Shown here piece by piece: positions 20,987 through 29,870 of a DNA stretch of 64,000 nucleotides. The notes beneath the pieces are model-generated. The model worked only from the letters and a program-made list of their open reading frames with translations, was not told the origin of the DNA and ran no database searches. Where the stretch lies: positions 3,495-67,494 of the forward strand of contig CATBQD010000006.1 of NCBI GenBank assembly GCA_949505625.1. The letters run 5' to 3'. Positions within the stretch are counted from its first letter, which is position 1. Each line of letters begins with the position of its first letter. Source of the DNA: an uncultured Bacilli bacterium (GTDB lineage: Bacteria > Bacillota_I > Bacilli_A > RF39 > UBA660). The translations under genes were made by a program, and so were the position numbers.

Positions 20987-21231
20987 TATATACCTCCTTT
21001 CTCATAAGATTTTGCAAAGGGCAACTAGTTTGATAGGAGTTGTGGCTATATTAATGGCTCTTTTTTGCCCTTTGCAGTTTAAATATAACACTATGCACGA
21101 CAAGTTTCATTCATTTTCAAAAATTAAAAAATAAGTTAAAATTCTTACTAAAATTTCAAAATTTTGAAAAAGTTGTATTTACTTTCATTTTAATGAAAAT
21201 TATAATTAAAGTAATGTTATGAGGTGGGAAA

Positions 21232-21993
21232 ATGGTAAAAAAAACTGCTTATCAAATCGATAAGCATAGTGATGTTGAAATTAAAAAGACTGTAAAGGAA
21301 AATCGAGGAACTGATGAAAATGCCAAAACATATGAAATATTTGCAAGTAGATTAAATAAAGAACTGACTGAAAGAAAAATAAATCAAGAAGAATTTGCGA
21401 AAAAAATTGATATTTCAGTTGGATCATTATCTAATTACCGAAATGGAAAAAATATACCAACGGGTGATATTATTGTTAAAATAGCCAATGAATTTAACTG
21501 CTCTACTGATTATTTATTAGGTTTAACTGACTTAAAAAGTATGGATAGTGATTTTAAAGCTATTCACGAAATAACTGGTCTATCCGATAAAGCAATAAAA
21601 TATTTAGAGTATGAGCTTATAATATGCCAAAAAAAATACAAAGAATATGAAGCTAGAGTAGAAGAAGCAAAAGCAGAATACAAAAGAAGTGGAAAAAAAA
21701 TTAAATATATGATATACAACGGTAGTATATTTGACACATTAAACTACCTTATAGAAAATGAGTCAAATTATCACTTTCTTTATACTCTCACTAATTTTTT
21801 ATGGGAAAATAATAATACTAACAGGCATATAGAAAATATTATTTCCAAAAATAAACGAAAAGATTTAAGCCCTATAACCGCTCAAACAATACAACGTTAT
21901 AAACAACAAGCTCACAATAATCAAGAAATTATAAAAATAATGCTAGACAAAATATTATTTAAAATGGGAGATAATTATTCAAGTAATAAATAA
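21232..21993 (+). CDS. XRE-family repressor of the element
   Basis: INQEEFAKKIDISVGSLSNYRNG..IP; STDYLLGLTD; ITGLSDKAI. Confidence 0.88.
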   Translation: MVKKTAYQIDKHSDVEIKKTVKENRGTDENAKTYEIFASRLNKELTERKINQEEFAKKIDISVGSLSNYRNGKNIPTGDIIVKIANEFNCSTDYLLGLTDLKSMDSDFKAIHEITGLSDKAIKYLEYELIICQKKYKEYEARVEEAKAEYKRSGKKIKYMIYNGSIFDTLNYLIENESNYHFLYTLTNFLWENNNTNRHIENIISKNKRKDLSPITAQTIQRYKQQAHNNQEIIKIMLDKILFKMGDNYSSNK

Positions 21994-22047
21994 TAGCCAA
22001 AATAAAAGAATCAAAATATCTCCAGGGTTGCCAACAAACTATTAATA

Positions 22048-22446
22048 CTATCTTTTATTAAGTGCCATTAACACAACTACATTATATTTGCTTTCTAAAC
22101 TCTCTAGCACATTTCTTATATAATAAAGTTTTTTACCTTGAATACGAAAATTGTAACCATCAACCATTATAAAACAATCAACAAATACATACTTCGGTTT
22201 TTTATACTGAAGTATGTATTTTTCTATATCCTCAAGTAATAGAGAAGTATCGTTTATTACAGTTATATTCGTTCTATTTAACACTTTATACTTGTTTAAT
22301 AGATATTCTTTAGAATTAACACAACTCAAATATAATATCGTTTTATTAGTGTTTATTCTCCTTATATGATTAACAAAAGAAGAAGTTATTCTTTTATCTT
22401 CCTCTTGATTATAAAATAATGCTCGACTTCTCATATATACCACCAA
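22048..22446 (-). CDS. Degenerate DnaB-like RecA-fold fragment (no Walker A)
   Basis: TNKTILYLS...SKEYL, KYVFVD, L.SLESKYNVVVLM align by eye with the 26776-27429 DnaB fragment. Confidence 0.5.
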   Translation of the reverse strand: MVVYMRSRALFYNQEEDKRITSSFVNHIRRINTNKTILYLSCVNSKEYLLNKYKVLNRTNITVINDTSLLLEDIEKYILQYKKPKYVFVDCFIMVDGYNFRIQGKKLYYIRNVLESLESKYNVVVLMALNKR

Positions 22447-22502
22447 TTCTAATTATAAAGTAGATACTTCAAAATGCTACAAATTTATATATACTCTTCA
22501 TC

Positions 22503-22817
22503 TCATACTTTATTAGAGCTTGATAAAAATGTTATATTTTCTGCAATTATATTAGTGTGCTTTACTTTATCATATAAAGTAGTTTCAACTCTACCTCTAA
22601 CTCCAACTACATCTCCTTTATTACAATACTCTGATACGCTTTCAGCAACACTATTCCATAATATACAATCTATAAAATCTTTTTCATATTCGCCATTTTC
22701 ATTTTTATAACTTCTAGGTACTACTAAAGTTATATTAACAACTTTCTTTCCATTTTCCAATTCTTTCACTTCTGGTATATCTAACAATCTTCCAACCATA
22801 ACAACTTGATTTAACAT
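22503..22817 (-). CDS. ssb: Single-stranded DNA-binding protein, OB fold only, no acidic tail
   Basis: MLNQVVMVGRL, DFIDCILWN..AE....YCNKGD.VGVRGRV; ends FLSSSNKV. Confidence 0.9.
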   Translation of the reverse strand: MLNQVVMVGRLLDIPEVKELENGKKVVNITLVVPRSYKNENGEYEKDFIDCILWNSVAESVSEYCNKGDVVGVRGRVETTLYDKVKHTNIIAENITFLSSSNKV

Positions 22818-22820
22818 ATT

Positions 22821-23141
22821 TTATTCCTCCTCATATTTAATTTTCAACTCATTCAAAGAAATAGCATTTTTATAATAATTAAATTCCACATCACAATCTA
22901 AACTATAAAGTTCATTAAAACTTACATATCCGAATTCACTATCTGTTATATGACAATAACCGAAGAAAATAAAATCATCATCTTCACAATTACCCTCTAA
23001 TATTAACCAATACATATTTTGATATGGAATAAAGATTTCAAGTATTACTTTCTTATCCTCTATATTCTCTTGTGAATATAAAGGATAATCTTTAAACATC
23101 ATATCTAATTTTTCTTTATTTAATAATTTAACACTACTCAT
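22821..23141 (-). CDS. DUF2958 family protein
   Basis: PLYSQE...FIP..N.YW...E...FFGY....EFGYVSFNEL. Confidence 0.75.
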   Translation of the reverse strand: MSSVKLLNKEKLDMMFKDYPLYSQENIEDKKVILEIFIPYQNMYWLILEGNCEDDDFIFFGYCHITDSEFGYVSFNELYSLDCDVEFNYYKNAISLNELKIKYEEE

Positions 23142-23565
23142 CTTCTAACTCCCCACAAACATATATTGCTTTCAATTCTTTTGGATTATTAATAATTTTT
23201 TTTAAAAGAGTTATTTCGCTTAGAGGTCTTAACTTACTATTAATTATTTCCTCAATAGATTTTATAAACATAGGGTAGTGATTATAATAAAACTTTAAAA
23301 TGCTATCTAAATCATCAATATAATACTTCTTACCTTTAAAATGAAGAAAATCTTGTAAATCCTCGCTTAATTCTTTTGTGTCAAAACCATATAATAAAAT
23401 ATTTAATTTTAAAAATACGTGATATAAATCTAAATATTTATTCAATAATTTAATAAGTAGCCCTGTATCTATTACTTCATTTTTATTATAAGTTTCTTCA
23501 AATCTAATATAATCTTCATCATCAAGCAACTCCCTTTTTAATCTCATTACTTTGCTTACTCCCAT
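23134..23565 (-). CDS. Hypothetical protein
   Basis: ORF with AAGGAG RBS. Confidence 0.55.
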   Translation of the reverse strand: MGVSKVMRLKRELLDDEDYIRFEETYNKNEVIDTGLLIKLLNKYLDLYHVFLKLNILLYGFDTKELSEDLQDFLHFKGKKYYIDDLDSILKFYYNHYPMFIKSIEEIINSKLRPLSEITLLKKIINNPKELKAIYVCGELEDE

Positions 23566-23690
23566 ACTATTTGCTCCTTTCTAAGTATATAAATATTTTA
23601 GTATTCATTTATAACAAAGTCCCGCCATAAAAAGAAAAAAGAACACTTTATTATTGTGTTCATTAACATACAAAAACATAAAATTTTTAA

Positions 23691-25058
23691 TTAGTTGCAT
23701 TTCAATTCATCAAAAATATTAATTAAATTAGTACATGATTCGTAATCTCCTTTGGGAAAAAGCACTTCTTTGCCATCTATAATAGTATAAACATCGCTTG
23801 GGTTATGCTCTATATGGCAATAATTAGCACTACTCTCTTTACCCGAACAAGAATAACAACCTTGTTCTTCATTTGTACCATCACAACAAGGAAACATATT
23901 ATTTTTATAATTATAGCCTGCTGCTTTTACTTTAGGTAAACACCTTTCAACTCGTTCATTCCATTCTCTCTCACTTTTTTTAAACTCGTTATTCATTTCA
24001 TAATTTTTTATAATACTTTCAGCGATACCCAATTTACTAATAATCATATTATCTGTTATAGAATTAGGATATATAAGATTAACTTCATTAAGAGGAATTA
24101 AGTACATTCCACCATCTACTTGACATTTTCCATCATCATATTCAGCATATCCTTGGTCGCATATATCATTATCTAAACTTTCAATTATATTAGCAGTTAA
24201 CACATTTTTATATGGTGTACCGTTTAATGTAAATAATGGAACATATTTAAATTCAATTCCATTTATAATAACCTTATTATTTTTTATATTAAAATTAAAT
24301 TTTTTTAAAGTATTAAGGATCTTGTTTGTGCTATCAGTAAATATAGATTGTAAATAATTTAACCCTGTATCATCTTCTACATTATAATCACTATCTTTAT
24401 TAATACCAGTTTGTAAAATGATATAACACTTTAACTCGTTATTATCCATGTTACAAGCATATACCTTATCATAATCCTTATCTTTCTTTAATTCTTCCCA
24501 TAACTTAGTATAATAACCAACATTACTTTTATTCTTTATTTCCTCGTTATTTTTTATATTTGATAATAGTTCTTGCTTAGATGTTTCATCAATAAATTCT
24601 ACTGAAATATAATCTTTATTTTCAAAATTTAAACTAATAGTAGTTTTTACTTTAACCCCTTTAGAAGTATCAAAACCTTTTTCTTTTGCTAAATTATAAA
24701 TATTATCAATACTTTCGCCGATGCTTTTCCCTTTAACATCAATATCATTATAAATACTTACACAGTCATCATTTAAACAAGCAATATCATTTACTTTATT
24801 TTCTTTTATAGTTAATACAAATGATGGGTTAATTTCTATAAATACATAATCTATTCTATCCTTAGAAATTTCATTAATAACATTATTCATTTTCTTAGTA
24901 TTTATATCTTCTAATTTATTATTAATAAACCTATATCCAAAGAATAATATTATAGGTATAAAAATAATTAACAAGATAATTAAAATTAACTTTCTTCCTT
25001 TTCCTTTTTTCTTTTCTAACTCTCCATTTTTTACTTGTTTCTTACCCACATAAATCAC
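23691..25058 (-). CDS. Membrane protein with RsgI-like extracellular domain and Cys-rich C-terminus
   Basis: TM helix then YVFIEINPSFVL...V....LNDD (RsgI DINPS-like motif). Confidence 0.6.
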   Translation of the reverse strand: MIYVGKKQVKNGELEKKKGKGRKLILIILLIIFIPIILFFGYRFINNKLEDINTKKMNNVINEISKDRIDYVFIEINPSFVLTIKENKVNDIACLNDDCVSIYNDIDVKGKSIGESIDNIYNLAKEKGFDTSKGVKVKTTISLNFENKDYISVEFIDETSKQELLSNIKNNEEIKNKSNVGYYTKLWEELKKDKDYDKVYACNMDNNELKCYIILQTGINKDSDYNVEDDTGLNYLQSIFTDSTNKILNTLKKFNFNIKNNKVIINGIEFKYVPLFTLNGTPYKNVLTANIIESLDNDICDQGYAEYDDGKCQVDGGMYLIPLNEVNLIYPNSITDNMIISKLGIAESIIKNYEMNNEFKKSEREWNERVERCLPKVKAAGYNYKNNMFPCCDGTNEEQGCYSCSGKESSANYCHIEHNPSDVYTIIDGKEVLFPKGDYESCTNLINIFDELKCN

Positions 25059-25081
25059 TCACTTTCTAATTTTAATTATAA

Positions 25082-25552
25082 TTAAGAAACCTCTTTATTA
25101 TATTTTTCAATTACTTCTTTTAATTTATTGTTAGAACTACCTCTATCCACATAACCTCCACTTGATAATTTCTCTATCATCCACTCAAAGAACATTAATA
25201 CATAGTTATACATTACTTCTTTATCATAATACTTTATATCTAATTCTTCTTTTTCACTATCTTTGTAATACCTATCTATTACTGAATGTAAATCTTTATC
25301 CCAGTCGCAATGTTCTATCATTTCTTTTCTTAATACTTTAACTGATGGATAAGCTCCAGTAGTACGTAACTTAATTAAATGTGGAATAAAATCGTGTATT
25401 CTTCTTTCCCAATAATCATAACCAAAAGGTGTATTGTATTTCGTAATAGCAAATACTATATATGTTGCAATTATATCAGAACGTGAGGTTAAAAGCCATA
25501 AAGTACCTTTATCTATTTTTTTATCTCTTATTCTTCTATATAAACCTTTCAT
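25082..25552 (-). CDS. Hypothetical protein, possibly DUF29-like helical fold
   Basis: YW.RRIHDFIP...KLR....YPS pattern; weak recognition. Confidence 0.4.
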   Translation of the reverse strand: MKGLYRRIRDKKIDKGTLWLLTSRSDIIATYIVFAITKYNTPFGYDYWERRIHDFIPHLIKLRTTGAYPSVKVLRKEMIEHCDWDKDLHSVIDRYYKDSEKEELDIKYYDKEVMYNYVLMFFEWMIEKLSSGGYVDRGSSNNKLKEVIEKYNKEVS

Positions 25553-26037
25553 TAATTACCACTCTCACTTTTAGAAGTTAATTTAGTATAGCTAGGTATA
25601 GTTAAAATTTCATTCATAGATGTTTGAGAATTATTTTGATGTTCCCAAGAAAATATTAAAAGCTCCCAGTTTGTATTGAAATTATCGTATTTAGGTTTAG
25701 AAGATAAAAACTTAATTAAATTCTCTTTTTGATTATCGTTTAAAACATCTTCATTTCCAATGTGATTATAGTATTCAGCCTTATCAAACCTTATGCAAGT
25801 ATGAAATCCCATTTTCTTATTTTTTTCTTTTTTTCTATAATGGAAGTGAGGTATATCACTTAACATATAGTCATCAGTAACAATAAATACTTCATACCCA
25901 TCATCAGTAAAACCAATTCTATTTATTCCCTCAATATCATAATCTTTATTTAATTCATTTAATACCCATTCATAATTAAAACACTCATCTTGGTTATTGT
26001 TACCACCATAATTCGGTATTACACCTATCTTAGCCAT
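25552..26037 (-). CDS. DUF4160-like phage-type protein
   Basis: RIG...YEVFI.TDD....IPHFH...HTCI...EYY.H...NWE...W. Confidence 0.5.
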   Translation of the reverse strand: MAKIGVIPNYGGNNNQDECFNYEWVLNELNKDYDIEGINRIGFTDDGYEVFIVTDDYMLSDIPHFHYRKKEKNKKMGFHTCIRFDKAEYYNHIGNEDVLNDNQKENLIKFLSSKPKYDNFNTNWELLIFSWEHQNNSQTSMNEILTIPSYTKLTSKSESGN

Positions 26038-26057
26038 ATTTAAATCACTTCTCTTTT

Positions 26058-26756
26058 TTATTCACAACTACTTAAATACCTATGAATATCTCCAATATCC
26101 ATATCATCTCTTTCTGTATATTCTTTTAAAAAATCATAATGTCTTTTAATGAAATCTTGAACTCTCTTAAATTCTTCTTTAGGTATTCCAAGTTTAACAT
26201 CATATACTAATTGTGGATTTTCTTTATCAATACTTACAGTAACATAATCTTCAAACCTTTTATTACTTTTATGGGTATTCTGCATAAGTAAAGTATATAA
26301 ATCTCTTTCATCATCATACTCATTAACATCACAATATAAATACAAATCTACTGGAAGACTTTGGTAATCTCTAGCACTAATTCCATTTACAAAGAAACCA
26401 TCAATTACAGTAGGTTTAAATCTGTTTATATCTGTATATTCCATAATAGATAAATCAATATCAATACCGTTTATTGTATCTATTAAAATTTGATGTTTTT
26501 CTCTAATGAAGTTTAATACTTTTTTTAAATCTTTTTCTTTAACATTTAATTCTACTTCTTCTAGTAATTTTGGGTTATCTTTATCAATACTAATAGGAAT
26601 TAAATCATTTCCAGTAGTATATTTATTATAGTTGTTCTGCATATAAATTATTTTCTTTTTATCATCATATTTTAACCACAATGTTATAGGTAGATTAGTG
26701 TTAGGATAAATCTTACTTCCTTTTTGTGCTAATATAATCATAGGTGTAAATTCCAT
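26058..26756 (-). CDS. Tandem-duplicated domain protein (phage-type)
   Basis: Two copies of LP..L.L...MQN...SIDK.NP.L.....K.V..FI. Confidence 0.65.
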   Translation of the reverse strand: MEFTPMIILAQKGSKIYPNTNLPITLWLKYDDKKKIIYMQNNYNKYTTGNDLIPISIDKDNPKLLEEVELNVKEKDLKKVLNFIREKHQILIDTINGIDIDLSIMEYTDINRFKPTVIDGFFVNGISARDYQSLPVDLYLYCDVNEYDDERDLYTLLMQNTHKSNKRFEDYVTVSIDKENPQLVYDVKLGIPKEEFKRVQDFIKRHYDFLKEYTERDDMDIGDIHRYLSSCE

Positions 26757-26775
26757 ACTTAATCACTTCCTTATA

Positions 26776-27429
26776 TTACGGAATAACGGCAATTACAATA
26801 TTTTTATCTAATACTATTACATCTTTAAAATAGTTGTTATCTTCAGTAGTAGTTAATTTTTCTTTAGGGTTATAATAACTTTCTCTATATAAGAATATAA
26901 TTTTATCTGTATGTTGTAATAATGGAGAATTATCTTGATAATCAAAACTAGTAATACTATCATCTTCTAATGTTTTCGCTTGTTGTTTAGTTAATTGGGA
27001 TAATATTATTATAGGAACATTTAAATTTGTTGCTACTTCTTTTAAAATTTCTGTTGAATGTTTTAAATCATCCAATACAAGAACGTTAAAAGTAGTTGGG
27101 TGTATAAGTTGAATATAATCTATTACTACCAACGATAAACCATTTTTTGCGACTTCTTCACATTTACTTTTAATTTCTTCAATAGTTATCATTGGTGTAT
27201 CTATAATTTCAACTTTATCCGTTGTTATTCTCTCTTTTAAACGTTCTTTGCTTGTTTCTAAATTAAAATATAATATCTTATCATTTGTTTGTTTAGCAAT
27301 ATTATTTATTATATTTATAGCAAATGTACTTTTTCCAACACCTGGGCGACTTGCAATAGCATATAACTTTCCTTTTTCTAAACTACCGATAGTATTATCT
27401 AAATTTTCATAACCTGTTTTTAAATTCAT
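26776..27429 (-). CDS. DnaB-like helicase C-terminal (ATPase) domain only
   Basis: TGYENLD, ASRPGVGKST Walker A, FNLE, VVIDYIQL, LSQL; no N-terminal domain; no KNR finger. Confidence 0.85.
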   Translation of the reverse strand: MNLKTGYENLDNTIGSLEKGKLYAIASRPGVGKSTFAINIINNIAKQTNDKILYFNLETSKERLKERITTDKVEIIDTPMITIEEIKSKCEEVAKNGLSLVVIDYIQLIHPTTFNVLVLDDLKHSTEILKEVATNLNVPIIILSQLTKQQAKTLEDDSITSFDYQDNSPLLQHTDKIIFLYRESYYNPKEKLTTTEDNNYFKDVIVLDKNIVIAVIP

Positions 27430-27430
27430 T

Positions 27431-28411
27431 TTAAATCACATCTTCATATACTTTTAAATAATTCATTTTGTAATAAGTTAACCATACATATATTATTGCT
27501 CTGTTAATCGAGTAGGCTTTAGAAAACAAATATTGTATTTTAGAACAACAATTTATGTACTCATCTTCTATTCCATGCTCTTTCATAATAAAGATGTATT
27601 TTTCCCAAGTTTCTTTATATATCTTAATTCTATGTTTTCCTTTAGCAATAAAGTTCATTATTTCATAAGCTAATTTTTTCTCTAATCCTGCCATTATTAA
27701 AAAACTATAAATTGCTTCTCTATATACTGGATAATATATTATAGAATTTACTATATCTAATTTATCAGTAATTGTGCTTCTGTCTAAAGAAATAACACTA
27801 GCAACACAATTAACATTATTGATTATAAACTCTTGATTAAATAAACTTGTAGCTATTTTCATTTCACTTTCATCAAATATAGTTGTATTTTCATCGATTA
27901 GATACTTGTAAAGTTCTTCATCTTTTAAATCTATATCTTGTCTATGCTTACCTGTTCTTGTTTCTAAATTTTCTAATACAGAACATAATTCGTATGTATT
28001 TAAATATAAATTATGACCCTTTAAATCTTCTTTATTATTAATAGTTATACTATATTTCTTACATACTTCTTTTGTATATTCAAAAATAGTTTTAAAATAA
28101 TCTTCTGCAAATTCTAAATCAAATGTTATTGGTTTAAATCCTTTTTCATAAACTATACAATATTCAATTGGATTTACAAAAGTAATTCCCAGTAAGTATG
28201 CAATATAAGATGAACCACATATTCTATCTATCATAATCCTATTATCAGATTTCACTTTTTTTGCTATTTCATATGCAATTAAATACTGATATTCTATTTT
28301 TTCATCTATAATTATATCTAATTCTTCTTCTATTCTTGTTTTTATCTCTTGTGGTATATTGTTATTATATAATTCGAATAATTTATCATCTAATATTTCT
28401 TTTAGCTTCAT
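27431..28411 (-). CDS. Truncated PolC-like polymerase fragment, likely catalytically inactive
   Basis: R.EEEL..I, GSSYIAYLLGITFVNP, GLEKKLAYEIM..IAKGK, YI.CCSKIQYLFSKA match PolC; PDID reads ITFD and KLDIL reads NLYLN. Confidence 0.8.
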   Translation of the reverse strand: MKLKEILDDKLFELYNNNIPQEIKTRIEEELDIIIDEKIEYQYLIAYEIAKKVKSDNRIMIDRICGSSYIAYLLGITFVNPIEYCIVYEKGFKPITFDLEFAEDYFKTIFEYTKEVCKKYSITINNKEDLKGHNLYLNTYELCSVLENLETRTGKHRQDIDLKDEELYKYLIDENTTIFDESEMKIATSLFNQEFIINNVNCVASVISLDRSTITDKLDIVNSIIYYPVYREAIYSFLIMAGLEKKLAYEIMNFIAKGKHRIKIYKETWEKYIFIMKEHGIEDEYINCCSKIQYLFSKAYSINRAIIYVWLTYYKMNYLKVYEDVI

Positions 28412-28427
28412 TTTAATTTCCTTCCTT

Positions 28428-28573
28428 TTAATCACTTAATATATGAAATTCATCGATACCAACCAATAATGCTAAAGTTCTACCATTATCCCGTTTCATA
28501 TGTATTTGCCCCTCATCATCAATTATATCAACATTTTCTATTATTTCTTTAACTTCTTTTTTAATTTATTCAT
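28428..28573 (-). pseudogene. Frameshifted/truncated DUF4314-like ORF
   Basis: AAGGAG RBS + ATG 28573; the -1 frame reads VDIIDDEGQIHMKRDNGRTLALLVGIDEF. Confidence 0.6.
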
Positions 28574-28674
28574 ATTACACTCCTTAATTTTACTCATTGT
28601 AAATCAATTATAATTAAATTTTTTCTTTTAATATATTATTTTTTGGGAATAATCTCACATTTTTAAATCACTTC

Positions 28675-29739
28675 CTAATAATACTCTTCATCGTAAACAT
28701 CATCATAAAAACCATCGTCAAATATTTTCTTTTTTATATTTACAGAGTAGATATTTTCTTGATGGAGTATATCTAAATATTGTTTTAAATATTTTTGATA
28801 AACTAAATCTTCATTACCACGTACCATAGCAATAAAATTTAATCTACCCTCAATAACTTTCCTTATTTCTAAAACTAGATTATCTCTTTTATTACTACTA
28901 CAATTATAATTTTTTTCTTTTTTAAAGTAGTATAATGCTGTTCTATAAAGACCATCTTTTTCACATCTATTAAGTAATGCTCTAAGTTGTTTTAAATAAA
29001 CTTTTTTTATATTAACTTTCTCATTTACAATTAAACCAGTAACTTCTTTTCTTTCATTATTCCAACTATAATTAGTTTTCTTTTCATTAATAGTAAAGCC
29101 CTGCTTTTCAATAATACTTCTTAGTTTATTCCCTATAATCACATAATTTTCTTGCGTTCTAGTAACTATCTCTTTAGGAAATGGTTTATTGCTAGATAAC
29201 GTTATATCGTCAACATATCTAGAATAATTAAAATCATACTTCTTACTTAAATTTAACAACTGTTTATCTAATGAATAACATACAATATTCGATATTGTAG
29301 GAGAACAAGGAGATCCTTGTGGTAATTCATTATGATAACAAGCAATTTTTGAAAGTGTTGTTGCAACATAATTTGGTAAATTAAACGGTTCACTCATAAA
29401 TATTCCTCTAACTCTTCCAAAGTGTATAGATGGAAAGAAATCTTTTAAATCAATATTTAAAATGTACTTAGCCTTGTTATGTACCTTAGCATTATCAACT
29501 ATACTTTTACCTTTAACAAAACCATACTGACACTCTAAAAATTCATATTTTTTTGTAATGTAATTATTTAATTTTTCTTGTACCCATTTTAATCTATCAT
29601 CTGGAGCAGAGATTTTTCTATAACCACCACTTCTTTTAGGTACTTTAAACGTATGATACTTAGATTTAGTAAGTACATTATCTAAAGTATTTTCTTTTAT
29701 ATCTAAAATATAACAAATAAAATTTTTATAATTTCTCAT
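28675..29739 (-). CDS. Retron-type reverse transcriptase
   Basis: KRSGGYRKISAP, GFVKGKSIVDNAKVH (region X NAxxH), IDLKDFFPSI, LPQGSPCSP, YSRYVDD, EVTGLIVN (region Y VTG). Confidence 0.93.
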   Translation of the reverse strand: MRNYKNFICYILDIKENTLDNVLTKSKYHTFKVPKRSGGYRKISAPDDRLKWVQEKLNNYITKKYEFLECQYGFVKGKSIVDNAKVHNKAKYILNIDLKDFFPSIHFGRVRGIFMSEPFNLPNYVATTLSKIACYHNELPQGSPCSPTISNIVCYSLDKQLLNLSKKYDFNYSRYVDDITLSSNKPFPKEIVTRTQENYVIIGNKLRSIIEKQGFTINEKKTNYSWNNERKEVTGLIVNEKVNIKKVYLKQLRALLNRCEKDGLYRTALYYFKKEKNYNCSSNKRDNLVLEIRKVIEGRLNFIAMVRGNEDLVYQKYLKQYLDILHQENIYSVNIKKKIFDDGFYDDVYDEEYY

Positions 29740-29870
29740 TTGAATACCACCTCTTGAATTCTAAACATTAATAACCACCCGAAGTGGTTACATATCGAAG
29801 ATATGTACAAAATGTAACAATTTAATATTCACTGCGAAACGCCCGTGATATGCAATTCTTTATATTTTAA
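29740..29870 (-). ncRNA. Putative retron msr-msd ncRNA
   Basis: Directly upstream of the RT; three hairpins at 29829-29848, 29789-29807 and 29772-29790. Confidence 0.65.

Noticed and set aside
28675-29739. RT as group II intron, DGR or CRISPR-associated RT
   Set aside because: It has the retron-specific NAxxH and VTG motifs; no maturase/endonuclease domain, TR/VR pair, cas1 or array is visible
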